A DNA stretch of 64,000 bases from Verrucomicrobiia bacterium (GTDB lineage: Bacteria; Verrucomicrobiota; Verrucomicrobiia; Limisphaerales; UBA1319), in the NCBI GenBank assembly GCA_963664225.1, contig OY760937.1, forward strand, positions 928,001 through 992,000, given 5' to 3'. Shown here piece by piece: positions 1 through 10,786 of this stretch (position 1 is its first letter; each line of letters begins with the position of its first letter). The position numbers were made by a program, and so were the translations under genes. The notes beneath the pieces were generated by a model. That model was not told the origin of the DNA. It worked only from the letters and a program-made list of their open reading frames with translations, and made no database searches.

Positions 1-2425
1 CAGTGACACGTTGGAGGCCCTGGACGGCGGTGTGCCCGACTTCGCAAGTCACGCTTTCGCGGGAATTGTTGATGATGATGATTTGTTTCTCGACTCCTTC
101 ACCGGGAATGAAGTTGTGGTCCTTGCTGGTGAACCGTGTCGGCTTTCCACCAATATAGGCCAGGAGAGGACGGTTGTTGCGAATCAACGCCTGAGCGGCT
201 GGCGTGGCGATCCAGTCCGATCGTTCAAAGGCAAGGTCCATGCGTTCATAACGCTGATCGATGTAATCGGGACTGAAGCCAGGGCGTTGCAGGTTCTCCC
301 AATCCACTTTCAACTCACGACGGCGCTTGTCCACACCCTCGCGCAGTTTCCAGAAGTGGCCGTGTTCCCATGGCGAATTTGCGGACACGCCCCAGGTCCG
401 AAACGCCCGCCAGTTGTCGGTGAGATATTTTTCGAAGACCGGATAGCGCTTCTCCAGGCGCGTTGAGCCGACCTCGACCGGATAATCCCAGCGATGCCAT
501 GTCTTGCCGTCACGGAACTGTCTGGCTTCCCAGCGCAGGTTCGCTTTTTCCGGCTCACTGATCTGAAAGGCCTTGTCGCCAAAAAACTGCGCGTTCCATT
601 CCGCCAGACAAAACTCCCACGGCACAGCGGCGCTGCCGAATTCGCGCTTCCCGTTGTACCACCCACGATACATCGTCCAGTCCCATGTGAATGGCGCGCC
701 ATATTCACAGGTGAAGACGGGCTTCACGCCTTCGGTCGCCCAATGCTCGAACCAGTCCGAGAGTTCCTGGACCGGCGCAAAGTTCGGATAGAAATTGATG
801 ACATGCATGGGACCGAGATTGCCCGACGCATGGTGATAGACGATTCGGCTGGGGTCCAGATGGCTCACGATGGCCTCCGCGCGTCGGGCCTGTTTGACAT
901 TTCTTGCGGCCCAATTGTCACGGACGTCATGGATTCCGTCGATGAGGTCTGGATTCATGTCGTCGCTGTAACCGGTGGCATTGTGGCTCATGCTGTACAT
1001 CACAATCGAGGGATGGTTCTGCGCTGCGCGCACGTAGAATTCGGCATGGCGTGCGTAACCGTTGGTGCGATCGGCGTCGGCGTTCGGCCAATCGTAATGG
1101 CTGAAGTGCGGTTGCGAAAAGGAAACCAGCATTCCCACGTCGTCCGCAGCTTTGAGAATTTCCGTGAAGCCCAGGTGCGAACCTGGTTCACAGCCGTAAT
1201 TGTGCGTATAGACAAAATTGATTCCAAAGCTCTGGAGCCGCTGGAGACTCTCCCGTGCGGCTTCGTAAGTCGCGAGGTCGGCGCTGATTTGCGCATTGTC
1301 CAATGGGACGGCCGAAAGAAACAGGCGCGTGCCGTTGAGATAAAAATCACGACCCTCGATCCAGAACTCGCGAAAGCCAAAACGCTCAGGAAGGCCCGTA
1401 TCCAGCACCCCGCCATCGGCGGCAAGCAACGATAGTTCGAGACCGAAAGTGTTCTGAGGCGTGTGGGTGTCCCAGAGTCGGTCCGGCAGCCATTTTTCAG
1501 TGAAGGAAATCCGGCCCTCCTTGAGATCGCTTGTTCGAAATGTGGGGCTCGTAAACTCTTTTACCTTGGCGCCGTCCCGCGTAATCTGAGCGTGAAGTGT
1601 GTAGGAGATGTCCGGTTCAAGGCCGTTGAGGCCTGCGTCAAACGTGATTTCCTTTTTGCGCACCGAAGTCACCGTGCTTACATCACCGATGCGTGGCCCT
1701 TGTGGTGTGCTGACCAGATAGACGTCCCCGCAGAGTCCCCGACGCTCCACGGAGCCTTTCACTTCACGGGCGGAGGCACTGTCCCTATAGGCCATCATGA
1801 CCCCCTTGAGCGGCAGGGACACGACGAGCATGCTGAGAGTCTGGGTGGCCCTTGGACGACAGGAAGCGGTGATTTCGAGATCGCCTCCCGGGAAATGAAT
1901 TTCTCCCGCTTGTTTGCCGTCCACAAAGACGGCGGCATAGGAGTTAAGATATTCGGCTCGAACAGCGATGCGGCGTCCGGCCCAATTGTTTGGAATTGTT
2001 AATTGGCGTTGATACCACGCAGCGGAAAGTTTACTGAAATCCTGGCCCGCCCATTTCGGATGCGCAAAGATCGTCTGGCAATCCTTCTCCATGTAATCGG
2101 TAATGCCGGGCCAGCATCCGGGAACCTTGAACCAACCCCAATTTTCCGCAGGCACCTCGTCAGACTTTCCTTCTGCCGGCTGCCACTGCCAAAGGCCGTT
2201 CAGACAAATTCGCTCGCGGGTGGATGTGGTCTCACGAAACGCCTTACTGGTGTCCCAAACGGCTTTCACCCCATCCGGCAGGGCTGCGGCAATTTCGTCG
2301 GCTCCTTCGCCTGCTGGCGGGAGAACGAACAGGCAGGTGAACACAACAAGCGCGGAAGCGACGCTGGCTTTCAGTTGGACCGCATGGTCGCGCAACGCGG
2401 ACAATTCAAGGCAACGCATTTTCAT
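1..2425 (-). CDS. Secreted GH2-like glycoside hydrolase; 3' end runs off the window start
   Basis: Not in the ORF track. Manual minus-strand translation from ATG 2425: MKMRCLELS..., hydrophobic signal-like segment, ICLNGLWQW...VPGCW (GH2 sugar-binding domain), FGFREFWIEGRDFYLNG, ADDVGMLV, NHPSIVMYSMSHN (GH2 TIM-barrel-like). The + strand ORFs in 11-2578 are in-phase antisense shadows. Confidence 0.8.
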   Translation of the reverse strand, partial: MKMRCLELSALRDHAVQLKASVASALVVFTCLFVLPPAGEGADEIAAALPDGVKAVWDTSKAFRETTSTRERICLNGLWQWQPAEGKSDEVPAENWGWFKVPGCWPGITDYMEKDCQTIFAHPKWAGQDFSKLSAAWYQRQLTIPNNWAGRRIAVRAEYLNSYAAVFVDGKQAGEIHFPGGDLEITASCRPRATQTLSMLVVSLPLKGVMMAYRDSASAREVKGSVERRGLCGDVYLVSTPQGPRIGDVSTVTSVRKKEITFDAGLNGLEPDISYTLHAQITRDGAKVKEFTSPTFRTSDLKEGRISFTEKWLPDRLWDTHTPQNTFGLELSLLAADGGVLDTGLPERFGFREFWIEGRDFYLNGTRLFLSAVPLDNAQISADLATYEAARESLQRLQSFGINFVYTHNYGCEPGSHLGFTEILKAADDVGMLVSFSQPHFSHYDWPNADADRTNGYARHAEFYVRAAQNHPSIVMYSMSHNATGYSDDMNPDLIDGIHDVRDNWAARNVKQARRAEAIVSHLDPSRIVYHHASGNLGPMHVINFYPNFAPVQELSDWFEHWATEGVKPVFTCEYGAPFTWDWTMYRGWYNGKREFGSAAVPWEFCLAEWNAQFFGDKAFQISEPEKANLRWEARQFRDGKTWHRWDYPVEVGSTRLEKRYPVFEKYLTDNWRAFRTWGVSANSPWEHGHFWKLREGVDKRRRELKVDWENLQRPGFSPDYIDQRYERMDLAFERSDWIATPAAQALIRNNRPLLAYIGGKPTRFTSKDHNFIPGEGVEKQIIIINNSRESVTCEVGHTAVQGLQRVT

Positions 2426-2693
2426 GGTTCGGGTGGAGTTGTTGGTCCAACAGTATATCAAACGCCTGACGGCGACAGTAAAATAATGGAGGCAGCAACG
2501 AGCGCAATGAACCCACACAACCTAATCTCACAATGGCTTTGTGAATCCCAATCACCGATGGGTCTTGCAGCCCTGTGAATTTAGTCCGGCATCCTATCCG
2601 GTTGAAGTTTGACTTGTCATGGAAGACTTGTGTAAAAAGCAGCCTGATTCACCGAATGTTCTCAGGCTTGTGGCGGCCCATGGTTGTAAGTTT

Positions 2694-3431
2694 ATGAGTA
2701 ATAACATCGTTTTTATTGGCAGACACTCAGTAGCGAAAACCGGCGGAATATTCAGGCTTCTGCCTGGCATCGCACTCCTCGCAACTATTGCGTCCTCTTT
2801 TGGCACCCTGCCGCAGGAATACCAAGGGAGGCCTTTTGAGGACGCCTATCACAAGACCGGCATTGCATCCATCCCAGGCATTGTGCAATGCGCGTTATTT
2901 GATCTCGGTGGCGAGGGTGTGGGGTATCACGATGCCGATGCCATCAATCATGGCAGTGGGGAATTGAACCAGGAGAAGGGGCATCAAAGAGCCCATGCCT
3001 GCGCCTATATTTGGAACTTCCGCCGCGACGAAGGAGTGGATCTTTCCTATGTGAAAGACTGGGCGGACCTGAATCACACCAACATGGTCAGTCCGCAGAT
3101 CAACCAGTTTTACATAGGCTGGACCACGAACGCCGAGTGGTGCAATTACACCGTGAATGTCACGAGCCCTGGCACCTACCGAATCAAGGCCCTCTATTCG
3201 TATCAGGCCAACACGGTCACTTTCGATCTGAACGGCAAACCCGCCGCCACCTGCAAGCTGCCGGTGGCCACCACGAGCTGGCATTACTGGAATTTTGCCG
3301 ATATCGGAGCGATTACGTTTCCTGAGACCGGCAGGCAGTTGCTGACCTTCCATTACGGCTGGGGTAACAACTTCGCGTATTTTGAATTCGAGAAAGTCGA
3401 GTCAGCCGCCAGAGAATCCGTCCCACAATAG
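2694..3431 (+). CDS. Secreted carbohydrate-binding (CBM6-like) protein
   Basis: Signal-like LLPGIALLATIASS; IPGIVQCALFDLGGEGVGYHD and IGWT..EWCNYTVNV..PGTY motifs typical of CBM6-like jelly rolls. Start uncertain (2619 or 2694). Confidence 0.7.
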   Translation: MSNNIVFIGRHSVAKTGGIFRLLPGIALLATIASSFGTLPQEYQGRPFEDAYHKTGIASIPGIVQCALFDLGGEGVGYHDADAINHGSGELNQEKGHQRAHACAYIWNFRRDEGVDLSYVKDWADLNHTNMVSPQINQFYIGWTTNAEWCNYTVNVTSPGTYRIKALYSYQANTVTFDLNGKPAATCKLPVATTSWHYWNFADIGAITFPETGRQLLTFHYGWGNNFAYFEFEKVESAARESVPQ

Positions 3432-3671
3432 GCAGGCACCGGCGCGCTTGACGACATGAACCGCGTGGATCAGCGTGCGGCATCAGACCACGCCGCGCGG
3501 CGTGTATGAAAAACACCTGCCGCTGCTCAAGGAATTGATGGCCCAACCTGGCGCGATGCGGCGGGATACCCTGGACGGAAAGCTCGTCGGTGATTTTATA
3601 AAACCATAAGTTCGTGCTCGTCGGTAGCCGTGGTTCATATTATGCTATGCGGTAACTAAACCCTGATACCT

Positions 3672-6047
3672 ATGCATTCAATTCGTAATATGGTTTGCAA
3701 AACAGCGGTCACCTTGAGCCTGTTGCTTGGGATTGCTGGGATGAGCTGCGCGGCTTCGTCTGACACCACGGTGTGGTTCGATTCGCCCGGGACCAAATTT
3801 TCCGAATCCTGCCCGCTTGGAAATGGGCGGCTGGGGGCGATGATGTTTGGCGGTGTGAGCGAAGAGCGCATAGTGCTCAACGAAAGCTCGGTGTGGTCAG
3901 GTTCCCGTCAGGATGCGGATCGCGAAGGCGCGGCCAAGGTATTGCCCGAGATTCGCCGCCTGCTTTTGGAGGGGAAGAATGTTGAGGCGGAGGAGTTGGT
4001 AAGCCGGAATTTCACCTGCAAAGGGCCAGGTTCGGGTAATGGCGGAGGAGCCAAGGTGGCTTTTGGGTGCTATCAGGTGCTCGGAAATCTGCATCTGCTT
4101 TTTCAACAGGTTACCAATGCGCCCGTCAGTGATTACCAGCGTGAACTCGAGCTGGCCGACGCGGTGGCAAAGATGCGGTTTGTGCAGGGCGGCGTGACGT
4201 TTACCCGCGAGGCGTTTGTCAGCGCGCCCGATGAAGCCATGGTGTTTCGTTTCGCTTCGGACAAGGCGGGCAAGATCAGCCTCGATGCGCGGCTCGACCG
4301 GCCTGAGTGTTTCAAGACGAGCGCAGATGGCACCGCCGGTTTGCTCATGACAGGGCAGCTTGAAAATGGGGTGGACGGCAAAGGGGTGAAATATGTCGCG
4401 CGATTGAAAGTCTTGAATGTGGGCGGGGAGGTGTCCCTCCAGGGTGAAACGCTGCGCGTGCGCAATGCCGATTCGGTGTTGCTGTTCGTCACCGCCGCCA
4501 CGGATTACCGCGGGTTCGGTGGTCGCAATTTGACCGATCCTCTGGCTGCATCCGCCAGCGACATGGAGGCAGCCACCGCAAAGTCGTTCCAATCTCTTCG
4601 GGACGCGCATGTGGCCGATTATCAGCGGTATTATAATCGTGTCGCCCTCCAGCTTGGACCTGTGGATTCCGCCGTTTCAAACAAGCCGACGCCAGCACGC
4701 CTGAAGGCTCTGAAGAATGGCGCGGCCGATCCATCGCTCGCGGTGCTCTATTTCAATTTTGGCCGTTACCTCTTGATTTCGTCCTCCCGCCCCGGAGGAC
4801 TGCCTGCGAATTTGCAGGGTATCTGGGCGGAGGAAATCAACACGCCCTGGAATGCGGACTGGCATTTGGATGTAAATGTGCAGATGAACTATTGGCCGGC
4901 GGAGGTTTGCAACCTCTCGGACCTGACCGGACCGATGTTTGCCTTGATCGAATCGCTGCAAGCTCCCGGCGAACGCACCGCCAAGGCTTATTACGGCGCG
5001 CGCGGGTGGGTGGCGCATGTCATCACCAATCCCTGGGGTTTCACATCGCCGGGGGAGGGGGCGTCGTGGGGCGCGACCACCAGCGGGTCCGCGTGGCTTT
5101 GCCAGCATCTTTGGGATCACTGGCTTTTCACGCACGATAAGGCTTTTCTTAAAACGGCTTATCCGGTGATGCGCGGATCGGCACGATTTTACGCCGACCT
5201 GCTCATTGAGGAGCCGAAACATCAATGGCTGGTGACGGTCCCGGCCAATTCGCCTGAGAATAATTTCCGGCTTCCTGACGGAAAAACCGCAAGCATCTGC
5301 ATGGGGCCCGCGGTGGACATGCAATTGCTTCGCTACCTCTTTGGCGCGTGCATCGAGGCCTCGAGCGTTCTGGGCATCGATGAGGATTTCCGCAAGGAAC
5401 TCATTGAAAAACGCGCGCGACTGGCGCCCACACAGATCGGCTCCGACGGTCGCATCATGGAATGGCTCCAGGAATATCCGGAGCCGGAACCAACGCACCG
5501 GCATATCTCGCACCTCTGGGCGGTTTACCCGGGGGATGAGATTACGCCCAGCGGCACGCCCGCGTTCTCTCAAGCCGCCCGGAAATCGCTGGAAGCGCGC
5601 GGGGATCGCAGCACAGGCTGGGCGACGGCTTACCGCATGGCGGTTTGGGCGCGACTTGGCGATGGCGATCGCACGGAGAAACTTCTATCGACACTACTGG
5701 CAAACTGCACGCTGCCCAATCTTTTCGATACCCATCCGCCGTTCCAGATCGATGGCAATTTTGGCGCAACGGCTGCGATGGCCGAAATGCTGGTGCAATC
5801 GCACAGCGGGGTTATTGAGTTGCTGCCCGCGCTGCCGGCAACCTGGCCGGACGGCAAAGTGACCGGACTTCGCGCACGGGGCGGGTTCGAGGTGGACGTG
5901 GCGTGGAAAGGCGGGAAACTCGAATCAGCGGTTATCCGCAGCCTGGAGGGGCTTCCCTGCAAAATGCGCGCGGGCGGTAAGGCGGCTGAATTTGACACCA
6001 GCAAAGGAAAGACCTATCGCCTGAACGATGGGCTTATATTGCAATAG
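3672..6047 (+). CDS. GH95 alpha-L-fucosidase
   Basis: [53 protein letters not shown] motifs; signal peptide. Confidence 0.93.
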   Translation: MHSIRNMVCKTAVTLSLLLGIAGMSCAASSDTTVWFDSPGTKFSESCPLGNGRLGAMMFGGVSEERIVLNESSVWSGSRQDADREGAAKVLPEIRRLLLEGKNVEAEELVSRNFTCKGPGSGNGGGAKVAFGCYQVLGNLHLLFQQVTNAPVSDYQRELELADAVAKMRFVQGGVTFTREAFVSAPDEAMVFRFASDKAGKISLDARLDRPECFKTSADGTAGLLMTGQLENGVDGKGVKYVARLKVLNVGGEVSLQGETLRVRNADSVLLFVTAATDYRGFGGRNLTDPLAASASDMEAATAKSFQSLRDAHVADYQRYYNRVALQLGPVDSAVSNKPTPARLKALKNGAADPSLAVLYFNFGRYLLISSSRPGGLPANLQGIWAEEINTPWNADWHLDVNVQMNYWPAEVCNLSDLTGPMFALIESLQAPGERTAKAYYGARGWVAHVITNPWGFTSPGEGASWGATTSGSAWLCQHLWDHWLFTHDKAFLKTAYPVMRGSARFYADLLIEEPKHQWLVTVPANSPENNFRLPDGKTASICMGPAVDMQLLRYLFGACIEASSVLGIDEDFRKELIEKRARLAPTQIGSDGRIMEWLQEYPEPEPTHRHISHLWAVYPGDEITPSGTPAFSQAARKSLEARGDRSTGWATAYRMAVWARLGDGDRTEKLLSTLLANCTLPNLFDTHPPFQIDGNFGATAAMAEMLVQSHSGVIELLPALPATWPDGKVTGLRARGGFEVDVAWKGGKLESAVIRSLEGLPCKMRAGGKAAEFDTSKGKTYRLNDGLILQ

Positions 6048-6085
6048 CCGAGGCGCACGAACCGTCGGCATGGGATTCGTATCGT

Positions 6086-6880
6086 TCAGGCTTCCGGGGA
6101 GTGGCCTGCGCCGTTGAGTTTGTGCGTGATTTTACGGACAACCGAACGGGGCGCCAGGCGGACTGAGAACACGGCCATTTTGTTGCGAAGTCCAGCCACC
6201 GCCACGCAACGGCCCCGGCGAAAAGCGTCATGGCCGATGCGAGCGACCTCTTCCGCCGACATGGCGCCCAACTTGAAAAGGTTCGAGTTTTGCATGTTGG
6301 CCGCCGCCGTGAAATTCGTATGCGTGGGGCCGGGACATAAGGCTGTGACCGTCAGGCCCGTTTCCCGCAATTCCTCGGCTATGGCTTCGCTGAAAGACAA
6401 CACATAGGCTTTTGTCGCGTAATAAATCGCCATCAGTGGGCCGGGTTGAAAGGCGGCCGTGGAGGAAACGTTGAGCACACCGCCGCACCGGCGCTCGATC
6501 ATGCCGGGAAGGAAGAGGTGGGTCAGATGCGTTAAAGCGGTAATATTCACCTGCAACATGGAAAGCTGACGCTCGAGCGGCAACTGCGCGAAAGGGCCCT
6601 GGGCCCCAAAACCCGCATTATTGACCAGAACGTCCACTTTGAGGCCCGCCTCCTGCATTTGGGCGAAAATACGGTTTGGGGTCTCCGGCAGGGCCAGGTC
6701 AGCGGTGAACACTTGAGCTTCGATTTTATGGTTTAGTCTCAACTCCTCCGCCAGGGATTCCAGCGCGCTGTCGTTTCGGGCCACGAGTATGAGTCGGCTG
6801 CCATCCGCCGCAAAACAATTTGCAAGTTCAAGCCCGATTCCTGAAGACGCACCGGTGATCAATACCGTTTCGGCAACCAT
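6086..6880 (-). CDS. SDR family oxidoreductase (DltE-like)
   Basis: TGASSGIG, NNAGFG and YYATK (YxxxK) motifs; likely start ATG 6880. Confidence 0.92.
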   Translation of the reverse strand: MVAETVLITGASSGIGLELANCFAADGSRLILVARNDSALESLAEELRLNHKIEAQVFTADLALPETPNRIFAQMQEAGLKVDVLVNNAGFGAQGPFAQLPLERQLSMLQVNITALTHLTHLFLPGMIERRCGGVLNVSSTAAFQPGPLMAIYYATKAYVLSFSEAIAEELRETGLTVTALCPGPTHTNFTAAANMQNSNLFKLGAMSAEEVARIGHDAFRRGRCVAVAGLRNKMAVFSVRLAPRSVVRKITHKLNGAGHSPEA

Positions 6881-7045
6881 GAACATTAAAATGGTGGATG
6901 CACCGCGGACTGTCAAACCGGCGGGAATTCGGGAGAGTCAGAGTTTGCTTAACGGGCGATTTGGGCGTGGTGAGGAAGATCAGAGGATCGAGTACCGAAT
7001 GGACCCGTAAAAACCCTCAATGGAAATTCCCGAAAAGGCCGTTAT

Positions 7046-9217
7046 TTATCTTAGCTTCGTTGAAAATGATCGCGGTCCGACGTTTGACATGTTCCATGAC
7101 TCGAAGCCAATTCGCGCTGCCGGGGAGCCCGACTTCAGATTGAAGTTCCCATGCGCCGGATCCACAAATAGCGGGTCTTCGATTATGCTATTCCGATCCT
7201 GACCTGCGTTTTGCCACTGGTCGAAACTCATTTGGGCGAAGAGGACCGGTTTGCCGGATGCGTTCCAGTAAAGATTGCGATCAAACACGCAAACGTTGGT
7301 TCCGCAATTGCCGCCATCATAGTCCCCAACCGCTTTCCCCTCCGTGAAAAAGAGGAGGTTGCGATGGAAGGAAAGCTCGAAGCCGCCCATGCCGCCGCGA
7401 TCCATTTGAGCGGCCCGATTCAAGGCAAAGATGTTGTTTTCCACTGTAATATCGTGGTTGTGGTGGGCGAACAAGGCGCCGTCCTGGCAGCGGTAAACGA
7501 GGTTGTTCTGGATCAGGATGTCGTGGCTGCCCTCATCTGGATAGATCCCCCAACCACCATACTCACGCCGCGTAATATCATGCACCACGTTGTGGGCGAT
7601 GCGACTGCCGGGAGCGCTACAGGTGTAAATTCCGGCCAGATCGCTAAGCATCCCCTGACCGATGTCATGCACATGGTTGTATTCGATGATATTGCCCATG
7701 GCCTCGGATGGCCCAAAATCCTGGACCGATCCCACGGAGATTCCCGAGTAGAACAAGTCGTAAATGTGATTGTGAATAACCTTGTTGCCGGCATTGTCGC
7801 CAACGAATACGCCCGCCGCTTCCGGGGTAAATCTTCCGCAGTGGGCAATTTCGTTGTCAGCCACCGTGACCCGCTGGCTGTGCGGGCCTTTTGGCATCGC
7901 GGCTTTGCGCCTGATTCCGCGCTCGGTCAGTTGGCCAGATCCATCCGTTTCCCATGAGAAAAAGTGACCAATCCTGATTCCGCCTGCGCCGATGTCCCTG
8001 ATTTGGTTGCGAGCGATCGCAATGTCCGAGCAGCCCACGCTCACCTCGGCGCCGCTGTTACCGATGTGTTCAATGCCGCCATCTGTGACCGCGCATCGTT
8101 CGGCGTATTCAAAAAGCAGCGCGCCGGGCACTTCCACGGCGGACTGTAGCGATGAGGCATAGTCGGCTGGCGGCTGCCATTCGGTGTGCGCAAAAACACA
8201 ACCCTCAAAGTGGAGGTCATGGACCGGGGCGTCGGCACGGCCGATTACACGCAGAACTTGCTGGAGGCACGGTGCGATGATCACGGCCGATTGCATTTCC
8301 TCACCGGCAGGCGGGAGATAGTATAAAACACCGTTTGGACGGTCCAGATACCATTGGCCGGGTGTGTCCAACGCCTCCATGACGTTCTCAACCCAGTAGG
8401 GCCCCGGTGCGCTTCCCGAAAGGAGGGCAAAGAGACTTGGACGGTCAAAGGTGACTGTGCGAGTTTGGGCGTTAATGCTCTCGACGGGCAAACGATTGTC
8501 CTGCCACTTCGTGATTCCCACAATCTCCACGTCTCGTAAATTGCGCCAGGTGGGCACAATATCGCCCGGCGCATAAATGAACTCCTTTGTCGGATTGCGA
8601 AGAAAATCCCCCGTATAGCCGGGCAGCGATTCGATGTGATAATCCCCTTGCCTGGGCAGCCTGGTTCTCGGACGGCGGGCACCGTTGACAAAGAGTTGGC
8701 GGAATCGCCATTGGCCTTGCTTCACCTTTGAAAGGTCCACCACCCAGGCCTTGCGACCATTGATTTCACCCCAACGACCGCCTCCCAAACGACGGCCACC
8801 ACTCAGGATGACCTTTTCTCCAGTGGCCGCCGCATAAACCACCGGCGCTTTTTCCGTTCCCGAATCTTCGGGGCCGAACTCCAGCGGCGACTCAAGATGG
8901 TATGTTCCTCCGCGAAGCAGGACATTCACGCGTCGCGGTTCCTTTTGAGTCTTGAGCAACGCCCGAACGGCCTCGCGCGCGCGCGCCACCGTCGCAAATG
9001 GTCCATCATTCCCGCCCGGTTCGGCCATTTTCCCCGACCACAGATCCTTGCCTCGCGGAGATACGAAGAAATCTGCGGTTCCCGGATTTTTGGAAGGCGC
9101 CGACGCTACTTCCTCCAGCCAGGTTTGAGAATGCGCCGTTACAAGCAATAGGCTCAGCGTCAAAGCGGTAACCACCGCCCTGATCCCAGTCAGCATGTCA
9201 ACCGTCCTGTTTCGCAT
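7046..9217 (-). CDS. Secreted right-handed parallel beta-helix protein (pectin-lyase fold, GH141-like)
   Basis: FFVSP.G.D, GPFAT..A, LRGGTY, YWVEN..ALD.PGQWY, Asn-rich repeats, GIYPDEGS, DPLFVDP..GNF. Start uncertain (9196, 9217 or 9256). Confidence 0.8.
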   Translation of the reverse strand: MRNRTVDMLTGIRAVVTALTLSLLLVTAHSQTWLEEVASAPSKNPGTADFFVSPRGKDLWSGKMAEPGGNDGPFATVARAREAVRALLKTQKEPRRVNVLLRGGTYHLESPLEFGPEDSGTEKAPVVYAAATGEKVILSGGRRLGGGRWGEINGRKAWVVDLSKVKQGQWRFRQLFVNGARRPRTRLPRQGDYHIESLPGYTGDFLRNPTKEFIYAPGDIVPTWRNLRDVEIVGITKWQDNRLPVESINAQTRTVTFDRPSLFALLSGSAPGPYWVENVMEALDTPGQWYLDRPNGVLYYLPPAGEEMQSAVIIAPCLQQVLRVIGRADAPVHDLHFEGCVFAHTEWQPPADYASSLQSAVEVPGALLFEYAERCAVTDGGIEHIGNSGAEVSVGCSDIAIARNQIRDIGAGGIRIGHFFSWETDGSGQLTERGIRRKAAMPKGPHSQRVTVADNEIAHCGRFTPEAAGVFVGDNAGNKVIHNHIYDLFYSGISVGSVQDFGPSEAMGNIIEYNHVHDIGQGMLSDLAGIYTCSAPGSRIAHNVVHDITRREYGGWGIYPDEGSHDILIQNNLVYRCQDGALFAHHNHDITVENNIFALNRAAQMDRGGMGGFELSFHRNLLFFTEGKAVGDYDGGNCGTNVCVFDRNLYWNASGKPVLFAQMSFDQWQNAGQDRNSIIEDPLFVDPAHGNFNLKSGSPAARIGFESWNMSNVGPRSFSTKLR

Positions 9218-9522
9218 GGCAAGTTTCAGTTGTTTTCGTTTTCGACGCGTGTTCATTCAAGGCGCCAACACAAATGGATCAAAAGGGAGAATGATCAGCC
9301 GGGCGGCCCCTGGCAAGACTTGACGACGCGCCCTGCGAATTCGGGCATGTTGGAAGTTGGTTGACGAGAGAAATGCGGATGCTAAGGATAAACAAAACAC
9401 ACGACATCCGAAGACCATGGTTTATCCTCAGATCGAAATACTATATGCATGGGGAAACTCGATCCTGGTCGCTGAAACTGATCAATCTTATTTCAAATCC
9501 GCGCTGCCGGACAAAAACGAAC

Positions 9523-10758
9523 ATGAAAAACATCCACAATTTAAAGGCCGCAATGGCAACAATGGCCGCTTGCGTGGTCTGCTGCGGTGGGCCGAGTCTT
9601 TCTGCCGGGGATTGGCCTCAGTGGCGCGGTCCGAGTCGTGATGGCAAAGTCAGCGGCTTTACCGCCCCAGAGAAATGGCCGACGAACCTGGTGCAAAAAT
9701 GGAGCACACCGGTCGGCAAGGGCGATTCCTCGCCCGTCCTTGTGGGCGAGAAGCTCTATACTTTCGGACGAAAGGACACGGACGAATTGGTTCAGTGCCT
9801 GGACTCCTCCACCGGCAAGACACTCTGGGAGGCGAAATATCCGGGTGACTACGTCGTAACAGGTCCCCCGGCCCGACACCCCGGTCCGAGGAGCACGCCG
9901 GTGGTCGCCGAAGGCAAGATCTGCACGTTGGGTGTCGGAGGTATTCTCTCCTGCTTCGATGCCACCAAGGGAACGCTCCTCTGGCGCAAACAAACCACCA
10001 ACGATTATCTCGGCATTCCATACAAGTCCGATTCCTCGATGTCTCCGATTGTCGAGGACGGGCTGTGCCTGGTTCACGTCGGCAAAAACACGAACGCAGC
10101 GGTCATCGCCTTCGATCTGGGCCGCGGCGAGGTCAAATGGAAATGGGATAGCGACGGCCCGGGCAATTCCTCGCCGGTGATCATGACCATGGGCGGGAAA
10201 AAACAAGTGGTCACCCTGACTTCAAAAAATCTCGTTGGCCTCTCGCTGGCCGATGGCAAATCACTGTGGCAGGTGCCGTTTGAAGCGACCCAGGGGAACA
10301 ACACGACACCCGTCATTGATGGTTCGACCGTGATCTACACCGGCCAGGGCAAGGGATTGTTTGCCGTGAAGATTGAAGCGCAGGGCGAAAACTACACCGC
10401 AACGCCTTTGTGGGCGAACATGAAACTGGGCGCACGGTTCACGACCCCAATCCTTAAAGATGGTGCGGTTTTCGGCTATAACAACAGTTTCTTTTGCGCC
10501 AGTGCCAAAACCGGTGAGACCCTCTGGACCGATGGCACGAAAAGCGGCCAAAATGCGGCGTTGCTCGACGCCGGATCGCAGCTTTTAGCCATTACGCAAA
10601 ATGGAGATTTTGTTGCCTTCAAACCGAGCCAGACGGAATATGCCGAGTTGGCGCGCATCAAGGTTGCGAGCACGGAACTCTGGGCGCATCCCGTTGTTGC
10701 GGGGAACAGAATATTCATCAGGGATGGTGAGACGGTGAGCTTGTGGAATATTGAGTAG
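9523..10758 (+). CDS. Secreted PQQ-like (BamB-type) beta-propeller protein
   Basis: DWPQWRGP.RDG N-terminal motif, repeated DxxTGxxLW blades, C-terminal HPVVAGNRIFIR. Confidence 0.85.
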   Translation: MKNIHNLKAAMATMAACVVCCGGPSLSAGDWPQWRGPSRDGKVSGFTAPEKWPTNLVQKWSTPVGKGDSSPVLVGEKLYTFGRKDTDELVQCLDSSTGKTLWEAKYPGDYVVTGPPARHPGPRSTPVVAEGKICTLGVGGILSCFDATKGTLLWRKQTTNDYLGIPYKSDSSMSPIVEDGLCLVHVGKNTNAAVIAFDLGRGEVKWKWDSDGPGNSSPVIMTMGGKKQVVTLTSKNLVGLSLADGKSLWQVPFEATQGNNTTPVIDGSTVIYTGQGKGLFAVKIEAQGENYTATPLWANMKLGARFTTPILKDGAVFGYNNSFFCASAKTGETLWTDGTKSGQNAALLDAGSQLLAITQNGDFVAFKPSQTEYAELARIKVASTELWAHPVVAGNRIFIRDGETVSLWNIE

Positions 10759-10786
10759 AACTACTTCGATCCACATTAACAAAACG

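Noticed and set aside
11..2578. Four long + strand ORFs
   Set aside because: In-phase antisense shadows of the minus-strand GH2-like gene; no motifs.
3440..3610. Possible gene fragment (VYEKHLPLLKELMAQ)
   Set aside because: No clear start and no recognisable family; too short to support.
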